Positions 23,559-33,526 of a stretch of 64,000 nucleotides of DNA are shown here, piece after piece; position 1 is the stretch's first letter; each line of letters begins with the position of its first letter. The DNA comes from Psammoneis japonica. Taxonomy: Eukaryota. Position numbers and translations under genes: made by a program. Where the stretch lies: positions 620,001-684,000 of the forward strand of contig QPGO01000010.1 of NCBI GenBank assembly GCA_008632985.1, given 5' to 3'. The notes beneath the pieces are model-generated. The model was not told the origin of the DNA, did not search any database, and saw only the letters and a program-made list of their open reading frames with translations.

Positions 23559-24040
23559 ATCCAAACTCGATGATTCGTGCCATTGGGCAGAAGGTATGAA
23601 CATGCTGTAAGAGTTTAGGTTAGGTGGTGAATGGTATACGGCGGTAAAGCTTCGTTGCACACTTTTGCAACCGCCCTGTTTAGTTCTTTTAACTTGGTAC
23701 TAGAATAGTTTCTCTAATACCATTCAATATGCACGGGCTTACTAGTCATGAGACTTCGTGGCTGGCTTGCTTTAGATTGATTGAAATACTGTATGTTCGA
23801 GGGCATGTGCAATAGTTTGTTCATCAAAATCGCAAGCGCCGCAAACCCAGAGGCGGGAAACGGTTCAATGGCAGACATTCGAAACGACAACAATTTACTT
23901 CTTCTTATTGTCCGTCGCTTCGAACCACTTCAATGACCACTTGTCGGCACCTCATTTTCGTTGCACCTATCATTTATCTCCAATCCTGATCACCGTCCGA
24001 TCTCCTCTCATCACAATCCCTAGATCTAACGTTCGAAATT

Positions 24041-24919
24041 ATGAATACCGGCGCTGCCATTGTCACTGATGATGTAAAGTTTTTTGAGTTGACGGAACCC
24101 AAGGAGTTCAGTCGGTTGCTCTACACAAATCCCGTTTGTCTTCTTTCCACAACATACCCGATTGACGGTCACGAGACGCACCCAATCAGTCCGAGTGAAA
24201 ACGAAAAGAAATCCTCAAAAGAGGACCGAACGAAGAATGCTATTGATGTGCATTCGATACCGGCAACATATCGAAATGTGATGGTTTTATCATGGCTAAC
24301 AGCGACCAACAACGCAGGGCGATTCATGTTTAGCATCAACAAAAGACGACACACGGTATCAGCTCTGGTCAACGACATCCAAAACAACGAATTCTCTATT
24401 GATAATACTACAAACAATAATGTAGAGTTTGTACTTTCTGTACCAGTAAAGGGAATGGAAGATCTTCTTCGCAATGTTGGTCAAACATCGGGGAAATTCG
24501 GTAGCAAATTCACTCAAGACCATGATCCCGAAACCAGCTCTCCCAATGATGATGCAACCCAAAAACCTACTCGACCCATGAGCAAACGACAAAAAAAGAA
24601 ACAGCCCCGGTTTCCACGAGGTATTCCTGGTTTAACAGCCGTCGTACCAGGAGATCCGTCCTCACTTGCCTCACAATCCACATCTCTCTTTGCGATCCGC
24701 GGCACGGTCGCCCACTTGGTTTGCGAAACCTATAATGTTTTACAGAACAGTTCCGTCATTGATGAGGACCACATTTTGGTGCTGGCAAAGGTGACAAAAG
24801 CATTCGTGCATCCCTCTTATTGGGACAAAGACAAGCTGCTGTTCACGCCGCAGAAACACCATCCTCCTTACCTGTCGTTCTTCGGATCACAAACATTCGG
24901 CTACGTGGAATGTGGATAA
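24041..24919 (+). CDS. Flavin reductase-like FMN-binding split-barrel protein
   Basis: Motifs RLLYTNPVCLL, NVMVLSW, FVLSVP, VGQTSG..SKF and DEDHILVLAKV. Confidence 0.75.
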   Translation: MNTGAAIVTDDVKFFELTEPKEFSRLLYTNPVCLLSTTYPIDGHETHPISPSENEKKSSKEDRTKNAIDVHSIPATYRNVMVLSWLTATNNAGRFMFSINKRRHTVSALVNDIQNNEFSIDNTTNNNVEFVLSVPVKGMEDLLRNVGQTSGKFGSKFTQDHDPETSSPNDDATQKPTRPMSKRQKKKQPRFPRGIPGLTAVVPGDPSSLASQSTSLFAIRGTVAHLVCETYNVLQNSSVIDEDHILVLAKVTKAFVHPSYWDKDKLLFTPQKHHPPYLSFFGSQTFGYVECG

Positions 24920-24984
24920 TGTATACCCGAAATACAATAATGTAATGAACAACCACAAAGCGAAGCGTTTCCAACCATTTGAAG

Positions 24985-26259
24985 CTAGAGAGTGTTTGCG
25001 TCATCAAAGTCTGATGACATACTCGTGCCTCGACGGGATGCTCTTCGCTTGTTCCTCGAGTGCCTTCCCAATTCCTTTGACGACGGCATTTTCTTGTAAG
25101 ATCCACTCCTTTCGACACTGCGTTGCTTACTTCTTGAGCGATCCTTGTTTGATTTTCTTTTCGATTTGTTTGTGCTCTGATGATTCTTTAAACTGCTTGA
25201 CACTACCTTCTGGGGGCTTGGCGGAGGCGCAGGGACTGGGTCTTTGCTCTTGAGGTCCAGTGCGCTCGAGACCAAGCACGCAAGGTGAATTTTCTGATTC
25301 TGAAGCTCTCGTCGTTCGGTGTAGGAAGGCTGCTTCTCGGGGACAAACGTTCGAGCCCATGCAGGTACAGACTCGTCGACCTTCTTTTTGATGGGTTTCT
25401 CAATCTTTCTGAACGTCTGAAACGTTGGCTTTTCAGCTGCAATGGGATTGCCTTTTGAACTCTCCAAGGCCCAGGGGTCCTCGACCAATGCATCAGCAAG
25501 ACGACGTATTTCGCGTGTACTCGTTGACACGTGGGTCGCATCAGCTCCCACCGCGCCGTCCCCAAGCACACTAGCAGTCGTAGATTCGTCTTTGGGATAT
25601 CGTCGCTGCACAACAACTCTGTCCAAATAATCAGATATTCTCTGCACTGATTCATCATTCTCGCTATACTCTAGACTGTCTGTTGTCCCCGTGAGAGAGA
25701 GAGATGGGATGGGTGATTCCAAGACCTCGACAAGCCGCGACAGAGCAGAGCCCTTCTGATGCCGCATGTATCTGCGACTCTTTGATGCAATATGCTTTCC
25801 CTGGATAGATTTCCCAGCCATAAGTTGATGGTTCAATGAAGGAGTCGATCTGACTGACATTTGACTGCTAAAGTTGGAACATAAGGATGCCGTGTCTTCG
25901 TCCGAGCTATCGCAAACGGTACTTGGAGTACCTACCGGTACTAGGACATCTTCTTTTCCACCATATCTTGTCGCTTTTGACGGAGGAGACTGTACGTTCT
26001 TGATAGAAGAGAAATCGGCGAACTGTAGGGACTGATCGTTTTGTTTTCCGACAGAAGAGAACTCTGCAAAGTCGACTGACTGATGATGCTTCTTGGACTT
26101 GAACTTGCTCGTTTTCTCGCCGGCACTCTTCATAAATTCGCTTCCTTCTAAGAACTTATCATTATCGACAAACATAAGTCTCTGTAACACCTTGCTTTTT
26201 CTATATGAGCCTACGCTCCTTGATGAGCTGGATGGTAACACCACGATGTTATTCTCCAT
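24985..26259 (-). CDS. Ser/Lys-rich hypothetical protein, paralog of 26895-28043
   Basis: 424-aa ORF sharing the NIVVxPS, FLEGxEFM, LSRLVxVLE and WxRxxVPxK blocks with its neighbour. Confidence 0.7.
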   Translation of the reverse strand: MENNIVVLPSSSSRSVGSYRKSKVLQRLMFVDNDKFLEGSEFMKSAGEKTSKFKSKKHHQSVDFAEFSSVGKQNDQSLQFADFSSIKNVQSPPSKATRYGGKEDVLVPVGTPSTVCDSSDEDTASLCSNFSSQMSVRSTPSLNHQLMAGKSIQGKHIASKSRRYMRHQKGSALSRLVEVLESPIPSLSLTGTTDSLEYSENDESVQRISDYLDRVVVQRRYPKDESTTASVLGDGAVGADATHVSTSTREIRRLADALVEDPWALESSKGNPIAAEKPTFQTFRKIEKPIKKKVDESVPAWARTFVPEKQPSYTERRELQNQKIHLACLVSSALDLKSKDPVPAPPPSPQKVVSSSLKNHQSTNKSKRKSNKDRSRSKQRSVERSGSYKKMPSSKELGRHSRNKRRASRRGTSMSSDFDDANTL

Positions 26260-26894
26260 GTTCTGTTGTCAACAACGGGAATACTTGAGAACGCGAATAC
26301 TGTAACCTTGGCGACGAATCACTGTAGTCGCTGAACATGCACAATTCCACTCTCCTCAGTTTTACAAGATGTTTCGATACACTACTGCTGCTAGAGTGGG
26401 TTACGACGGCGATGAACTTCCAGTGTCCCTTGTATTTACAGTGGCTTTCGACAAAAAATGAAAAACGAGAGCAATCCCGCGATGCTCTGCTTGTCGTGAC
26501 GCGCGTGGTCGATATCTTCTCTCTTAAATGTGTAATCGTAATAACTAAGTATTTGTGTCCAAAGCGTTAAAAAATATATTTATGATCGGACATTTGGTAA
26601 GTATGAGATCAAAAGTCATTTAACGGTACTGTTTCAATATCGGTTAAAAAGAGAAATTTGAATCTGTTGGTTCTGGTTTGACGTGGAGTACCGTCCGTCG
26701 TCCGCGCTCGCCGCTCGCTCTCACAAAACCAAAGGGACCAAGCAAGGAAAACCTGCTGTAGACTACTGTACAGTACGAATGCAGACTCATTCAAGGGACA
26801 ATCAACCAATACCTAGTTCTATGTTGTGTCTCTAATATGTCAAAGAAGTCGCTCTGGCCCAGGAGTGGTTAGCTTTGACTGCGGATTTCTCTCT

Positions 26895-28043
26895 CTAGTC
26901 TTCAGTGCTCACACCCGACGACAGGAAAGACGAGCATGACGAGAGCATGTCGTACGACGCATCATCCGCAGAAAAACCTAGCTGTTCGATAGTTGGAATC
27001 TTTCGATTGGGTTGTGGGCATATGTATCGGTAGGCGCATCCCGGATTGCATTGCTGCAACTGGATTTTACAACGTCTCTTCTGCGAACGGTGCTGCTTTT
27101 GCTTTTCAAGCTCCATTGCACGTGCAATGAGCCACGCCAAAGTCAACATCTGAGATGCCTTTTTCTTCTTTTCTACGTGTGACAGCTCTTTCTGAGGGAC
27201 CATGAGACGACCCCATAGAGAAGGAAGGCTTTCCACTGGTGTTGGTTCCTTTACCATGACATTGCGTAAAGAAGATTGAAGAGAAAGGCTGCTGACGGAG
27301 CTGTTGATAGTCCAAGAGTCAGAATCGTCGCTGGAGACCGTAGTGTCGTCTTCATCATCTGAATCGTCGCCCGTGTTTACACCAAGTAACTTCAAGATAT
27401 TGCGCATAGATCCTTCCCGTTGGAAGGAGTGCTCGTCAGTGCCTCCTTTCTCGTCAACGATGGCAGGCACCACCTTCTTGCTTTCTGAGTGTTTGTTCCC
27501 TCGGGAGCTGTTGACTTTGCGACGAGTGAGAGACCTACCCCGTGGAGGGTTAGTTGGTGTTGTCTCGAGGACGACAACAAGTCGAGAAAGTGGCGAAGAA
27601 CAGGTTTCATTACTTGCATTTGATGAGTGCTTCCTTCGATGACTTGCAAGATGGTACCATGACATTGTCGATACTTTCGTGGCGCTACTGCTATGTCCAG
27701 ACGACAATAGACTTCTTTTTGACCGAAAGGAGCTATCAGCACTTGCGCCGACAGATTCCATATCGTTGTCTTCCAATCTGAGACGTTGCGTACTCAAGAA
27801 TCGAAGCGAGCTTGGATCTTCCTCCGGCATTTTTTCTGATCTACCTTCGTCTCCAGCACCTCTACTCTCAGTTTCTTTAGGCATAAATTCACCCCCTTCT
27901 AAGAACCTGTTATCGAATGGTAATTCATTCATTCCAGTTTTTGCTTTCTTGCGGCTGGACCTAGCGTCATTTCGTTGTGTGGATGGAACGACGACAATGT
28001 TGTCGAGACCTCCAAAGGAACGGTTGGTCGGGTTTTCGTTCAT
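26895..28043 (-). CDS. Ser-rich hypothetical protein, paralog of 24985-26259
   Basis: 382-aa ORF with the same four conserved blocks in the same order. Confidence 0.7.
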   Translation of the reverse strand: MNENPTNRSFGGLDNIVVVPSTQRNDARSSRKKAKTGMNELPFDNRFLEGGEFMPKETESRGAGDEGRSEKMPEEDPSSLRFLSTQRLRLEDNDMESVGASADSSFRSKRSLLSSGHSSSATKVSTMSWYHLASHRRKHSSNASNETCSSPLSRLVVVLETTPTNPPRGRSLTRRKVNSSRGNKHSESKKVVPAIVDEKGGTDEHSFQREGSMRNILKLLGVNTGDDSDDEDDTTVSSDDSDSWTINSSVSSLSLQSSLRNVMVKEPTPVESLPSLWGRLMVPQKELSHVEKKKKASQMLTLAWLIARAMELEKQKQHRSQKRRCKIQLQQCNPGCAYRYICPQPNRKIPTIEQLGFSADDASYDMLSSCSSFLSSGVSTED

Positions 28044-28250
28044 TGCGAAGTTTCAAAATCTTTGATCAACACATTAGAAATCTCGTGAAGTACACTGCGT
28101 ATTGACATTGTGATCGTTGCATCAAAAGTACAGATCGGACATCCGAGATGAAACGAGGGACCTAAATACCTTTGTCGAGAGTGTGGGAACAAGGCAAGAA
28201 TGGTCGAAATCATGCGACCCGCACGACACCAAAATTCAAAATCAAATTTC

Positions 28251-31200
28251 ATCTGGAAACTAGCGCCGCGCGCAGCGGTTCCGTCTGGACTTCGTCGGGG
28301 TACTGCAAAAAAGCACTTTTTGAAAAACATCAAAAAAACGCACGCCATGACGAGCGCCGTCTTGCGGACGTTTATTTCACAATAACTACAAGGCTTATCA
28401 CAGTCATACTAAAGGAACCGTTTCTTCTTCTACACTCAAGTGACACTGTATCTTCAAATTTTTCACAGGATGTCACTGTCAGCAAAGAAAAGGGCTCGGA
28501 GAGTGTACGGTGGTTCGTCTCGGTCAAACGGGGTGACTGTTGAATGTGAGCTTGGATCGCTTTATTCGTCGGAGAAGACGTGTACAAGTTGTGAGAATGC
28601 AACACATGCTTCAATGGAAAGCTATTATGAGCTGGGTTGTGCCTGCAAATGTGCAATGTGCATCAGTTGCTTCGGCAGCACTGTCGCACTGAGAGGCTGT
28701 GACGCAATGCTGTGCTGCGGGGCATGCAACAGCCAAACAACGGAACATGCAATACATGCAGTCCGTTTTGAACGTCATGATGGCACTGTCAAACCAATTC
28801 AACAACCCAGCTGTCACAAAATCACTCCTCCCAATTCCAAGATGGATCCGGTGCGTCATTTCATCCGAAACAAGGAAACACCGGACCAACTCTTCGGAGA
28901 CAACACTCACATCGCGTCATCAAGGATTCAGGATTGTTCTTCACTGACCTTTGCTGGATACAAAGAGGACGGTGATGTTGCGGTTGTTTCAATGGTTCTG
29001 CCCACTTGCTCGCAGGATGATTGGACGAGCGAAATGAAAGAAGCGCTCGAGAAAATCTTCAAGTTTTTTCACACCATCCTGATCACCCTTTGCCCGACGA
29101 AAAAGTTTGATTCATTGGAGCTGTCGAATCAGTCAACTTTAACAAAGCTTGCATGCAATCAGGAGTTCATTCTCCTCAGATGTCTCTACGCTCTTGGGTG
29201 TGGAGAAATGCTGGACGATGGCACACCTGCACGATTCGTGGACTGCTTTGAGAAATTCATTGTAAATGGCGATCCATCTGATTGTGCACGTCCAGAGACA
29301 GGTGAAGACGAAGTTGATGTTTCACTGACACTGCCAGAAGCAGACAAGAAGGATGCAGCACTCGAGGATGAGCTGAAGCGATGCTGCTCAGAGGACTGCA
29401 GCTTCTTGATGAAGCGATTTGTCTGCACAGTGCCAGAGCTTGACAAGGAGCTGGCATGTCTGGCAGCAAAGCTTGAGCCGTCGGAGTGGCAAGGAATTGT
29501 GGCGGCGCACCCGAAACCTGTCAAAGGGGGTTTGAACAAGCCTTTAAAAGTCCACAGAATTGTCCCAGCGAGGCAAGCAATGCGCAAGATGGATCCAGAA
29601 TGGCGGAGTCTCGAAAGGAGGAGTTTGAGGCGAAACGACAGTCGGAGAGAGCTCTGGCGAATTTGCCGAATTCGAAGCAAGACTGAAAGCAGAGATTGAC
29701 CAAGACATCCTGTCCGCAAATGAACGTGTCCGATCTAAATTTACTTGCAAGCATGCGATCACACGCAAGCGGCAAACTGCTGATCACACTGCAGCTGTGC
29801 CACCCTCGCCTGCATCCCGAGAGAGTTCAGCAGCTTTCTCTGTTTGGTCTGATCAATCTGCTGTGCATGGATTGACGGGATTTTCTCAGTCTCCAGCATG
29901 GCTTTGATTCTAAGTTGAGCAGCACGATGCTTTGTTTGTTGAAATGTTCTTTGCATGTGGTGTGCGTAAGCAGTGGCTAGCACAGACTAGTCGCGCAGTC
30001 TGGCTGCAGCTCTTCGACGACTTCAGAGTGGTCTCTAGGCGTTTTGGACGGTTTCGCATGACTCTTCTTGAAAGATTCAATGCAGTCTTTGACGGCAGGC
30101 GAAACCAAACCGTCTTCACCCACAGCTGGTGGGCAGAAATGAAAAGAGTCATTGCACCGGCTTTCACTCCCAGCGACTGTCTTGAATGCTGTCATGACTG
30201 GCTTTGTGTCATGCTTCGAATGCGTCAGTGCCAACAACTCAGGTTTCTTCGCCGGAAGGTCAATGGGATTGCGTTGTCCACCGTCAATGTCGGTTGGTTC
30301 AATTTCATTCAGTGCTGAGCATGCAATGCGTGCACAAGGCTCATCATCAAGCCAATCTGGATGATGTGAAGTGCCAACAGCAGTCCCCACTTTCCTCAAC
30401 AATCCGTGGATCAATTCAATGACGTGTCTGTCTGCCTGTTGACACAGTGTGGTCAGCCTTTTTTGCCAGTGCCATGTGTTCCTCTTCTGGAGAAAGAAGT
30501 GGTGTGGCCTTCAGATTGAAACTTGTGCCACCATCATCGGCGGCGGCACTTGCCTGCTCTTCGGAATCTGGCACTGGGGGTGTGATGCGATGCTTCTTGT
30601 TCGCAGTGCCTCTAAAAAAATTTCTCGACGATTCCAACAAAGTGGGTGATGTGAGCCTTTCATTGGGTGGAGTGTCATTCAAAGAAGGTTCTTGTGGCGA
30701 CTCTCTAGCCAGTTGACTTCCTCCAACACATGCGGTTTGTTCCGAAGCAGCACCCGGCATGGGTGAAACTGCTCGCGGCAACGCCGCAGCTCCGTTGTCA
30801 ACTGGAGCAAGCTTGGCTTCAATTGCAGCCTTTTGATCCATCAAAGTGCGAAGTTGTTGCTCATGTGTGTTTTTCTCCCATCGCGGCATCTTGCTCCAGC
30901 GTTTTTCTCCAGCTTCTGCTCGGCGGCATCCGCCTCAACAAAACTTTGAACCTTCTTGAAAACGGCGCGCCAACTCGTGTCACAACCAGCCATGTGGTGT
31001 GGTGTTGTGCCTCCATCATGTTCCAACTTGAGTGCAGCAACGATTGACAAGCTGTCTGCAGCATCAATCAGCATTGTTTGCCTCTCTTCGGTCCGATTGT
31101 ACGATGGAACAGCATTTGGTGCATCGCATCGGGTGACCCCATTCAACTGTGTGTCGCTGGATGACGGTTCCATCTCTCAACAATCTTGGAAGTTCAACAG

Positions 31201-31390
31201 TCACTTGAACACTCTTAGATTGTGTGTGTTGTGTGTGAGAGCCGCAAGCATTGTTCCAGTGGAGCCACAAGACGACGCGTCGACGGCGCTCGTCATGGTG
31301 TGCGTTTTTTTGTGTTTTCCAAAAAGTGTTTTTTGCAGTGCCCTGACGAAGTCCAGATGGAACCGCTGCACACGGCGCCAGTTTCCAGAT
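28251..31390. mobile_element. About 3.1-kb element bounded by ~110-bp inverted repeats (28251-28361 / 31282-31390), with convergent internal ORFs
   Basis: atctggaaact(a/g)gcgccg...cgagcgccgtc is present in opposite orientations. No TSD or transposase was recognised. Confidence 0.55.
28440..29699 (+). CDS. Element-borne ORF with an N-terminal RING-like Cys cluster, partially mutated
   Basis: CTSC...CACKCAMCISC...CCGAC. Tyr codons become rare toward the 3' end as TA depletion increases. Confidence 0.4.
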   Translation: MTLYLQIFHRMSLSAKKRARRVYGGSSRSNGVTVECELGSLYSSEKTCTSCENATHASMESYYELGCACKCAMCISCFGSTVALRGCDAMLCCGACNSQTTEHAIHAVRFERHDGTVKPIQQPSCHKITPPNSKMDPVRHFIRNKETPDQLFGDNTHIASSRIQDCSSLTFAGYKEDGDVAVVSMVLPTCSQDDWTSEMKEALEKIFKFFHTILITLCPTKKFDSLELSNQSTLTKLACNQEFILLRCLYALGCGEMLDDGTPARFVDCFEKFIVNGDPSDCARPETGEDEVDVSLTLPEADKKDAALEDELKRCCSEDCSFLMKRFVCTVPELDKELACLAAKLEPSEWQGIVAAHPKPVKGGLNKPLKVHRIVPARQAMRKMDPEWRSLERRSLRRNDSRRELWRICRIRSKTESRD

Positions 31391-33110
31391 CCGAAATTGT
31401 CTGAGATGATGACACACATGTCCGCATGAAGTCTGTTTTCAAATTGTCACACAGTGCTGCGCGACGACAACAGTGTCGTGCGCGTGCGGTGGACACGACA
31501 GATTTCGGAATGGATTTTCATGATGTTTCATGCCATGTCGTGAATGCATGCCGGTTGACTCTCTAGCAGGGCCCTAGATGCGATGCATTTCGGACCGAAT
31601 TCCATTTTGACTGAGATCTCTGTCGCAGATGTTGATGTTGTCCATGTGCTCCCTGAGGAACTCCGATCCTCTGCCCCCCACACAATCTCTCACCCATGAT
31701 GTGTGAGCCAGTGCCGAGCAGCCGGTGGAGCAACAGTGCTGTCCTTTGACCATGATTTAAACCTCTTCATCCAATTCTCCATTGATGCACAGCTTCCTCC
31801 TCAGTGACATCATTGTCCTCTTCTTCAACACAGGCAACAGCAGCAGGCTTGCCAAGAGCAGCAGCTTTCTCAACAAGTGCAAAATCTGACAGAAAAAACA
31901 ACATCTTCAGCAGTGTTGGGGTCACCAGCAACAGCAACAAGTCTCAACAACCAGTGCCTCAACAAATGCACCCACATCAGCAGCCATGGCAGGATCTGCA
32001 ATTGGCGGTTCAGCGGGGGTGCATCTTCCAGAAAAACTTCCTCCACAGGAGGACAGTGACAGGACTGCTGTCAAACAATGACAAGACTGACAACAGGTTC
32101 CCCTCTTGACCACTGAATCAGCCAGAGCAACAAAAACCTTGGCCAGCTCAACTGCCACTGGAGTTCACACCCATCCATGCTGGTGGCAAAACCTTGGATG
32201 AGTTTGATGCTCGTGAGTGCATGTGCCAGTCTTGTTTCCTGTCAAACTTGAGCAGCACAGCAGACAACTGCTGATCATTTGAGGTGGGACAAAAATGACA
32301 TGGTTGCATCAAGGGATCTGAAGACTTTGCAGAGCAGCCATGTCAGTTAGAACTTGAGGAGCATTGCAAGTGTGCAATTGTGTCTGAGCATCATCAGGCG
32401 AGGAGGCTCCAACTGATGTGGTGCCCACATCCAAGAAACAATTTGTGCTCCACAACAGTGGCAGCAAAGGGGACAAAAACCCCAAGGGAACATGGATGAA
32501 GCAAAGAAGCCAATGCATGGTGCCTGAACAACCATCCTGCAACTGCAAGGGTGGCTGCAATGGCACCACACACTTGACCCCAAAGAAGAGCGTTGAGGTC
32601 ATCAATTTCCAACATTCAGCAGTGCAAGAAAAAGACATTGCAGCCAACCAACTTCAGCAAGAAGCAAATGAACACCAGCTCAGCAAACAAAACAAGGGGA
32701 GAACTTCACAAATTGCAAGGACCAAAAACACCAATTTCAATTGTGCCGAAAATCTTGTTCACAAAAATGCGTGAAAAAATCCACAAGTCTCAAAGGAAAC
32801 TGCCAATGACCCAGCCATCATGTTCTGCTCTCATTGTGAAACAACACGCAGCAAAGCAGGAGATTGACAAAGACAATGAGAGCAACAAAACACACGCAAT
32901 GAAGATGGGGGTGATGGTGTTGGAAAAGACAGGAGGTTGGAAATGGTGTGTGTGTGTCTCTCTGTGACAAAAGACAAAATTGTGTGGTGAGTGGCAAGCA
33001 GATCCGGTTGCTCATTGTCAAGACTGGTGCTGTTTGTGAACACACAGAAACTGCACTGGAGAGAAGCCTGCAGAAAAGCCAACACCCTTGTGCAGCATGC
33101 ATGCAGACAA

Positions 33111-33430
33111 AAGGTTATTTTTGTTACGCCCTTTGTGACATTTAAAGGCTGTAACACGTCGCCGTGATACATTGGCTCTTGTTAGCAGCTGTGTGTTGCA
33201 CTCCTCCCCATGTATCACGCGTCCATACGGCTCTTTACTAACGTGTGCTGACACTTGCACGGTTTTGGCGGAACAGTGTGGGTGCGTACGAAGGAACATA
33301 CAGAACTGCACAGAGTTTTACGCGTTCGACAGTGATCAACGTTGCTGCAGACAACTCCCACTCAGGGTTTCGAACCCCTGGCCTCCTGCCTAATGGTTGC
33401 GAGATGAACCACTCCGCTATGAATTCATAA
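33111..33430 (-). mobile_element. tRNA-derived SINE or Pol III ncRNA (320 bp) with a 20-bp target-site duplication
   Basis: On the minus strand: A box TAGCGGAGTGG, B box GGTTCGAAACC, internal stem CGTGATACAT/ATGTATCACG, a 3' hairpin and TTTT. Flanking direct repeats TGCAG(CA/TG)TGCATGCAGACAA at 33091-33110 and 33431-33450. Confidence 0.75.
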
Positions 33431-33449
33431 TGCAGTGTGCATGCAGACA

Positions 33450-33526
33450 ACGCCCTTTGTGACATTTAAAGGCTGCAACACGTCGCCGTGACACATTGAC
33501 TCTCATTGGCAGCTGTGTGTTGCACT
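33450..33526 (-). repeat. Older, mutated 3' fragment of the same SINE-like element
   Basis: 77-bp match to 33126-33202 with 6 substitutions. Confidence 0.85.

Noticed and set aside
33350..33430. Functional tRNA gene
   Set aside because: A and B boxes are present, but the acceptor and anticodon stems do not pair properly. It is treated as a tRNA-derived head.
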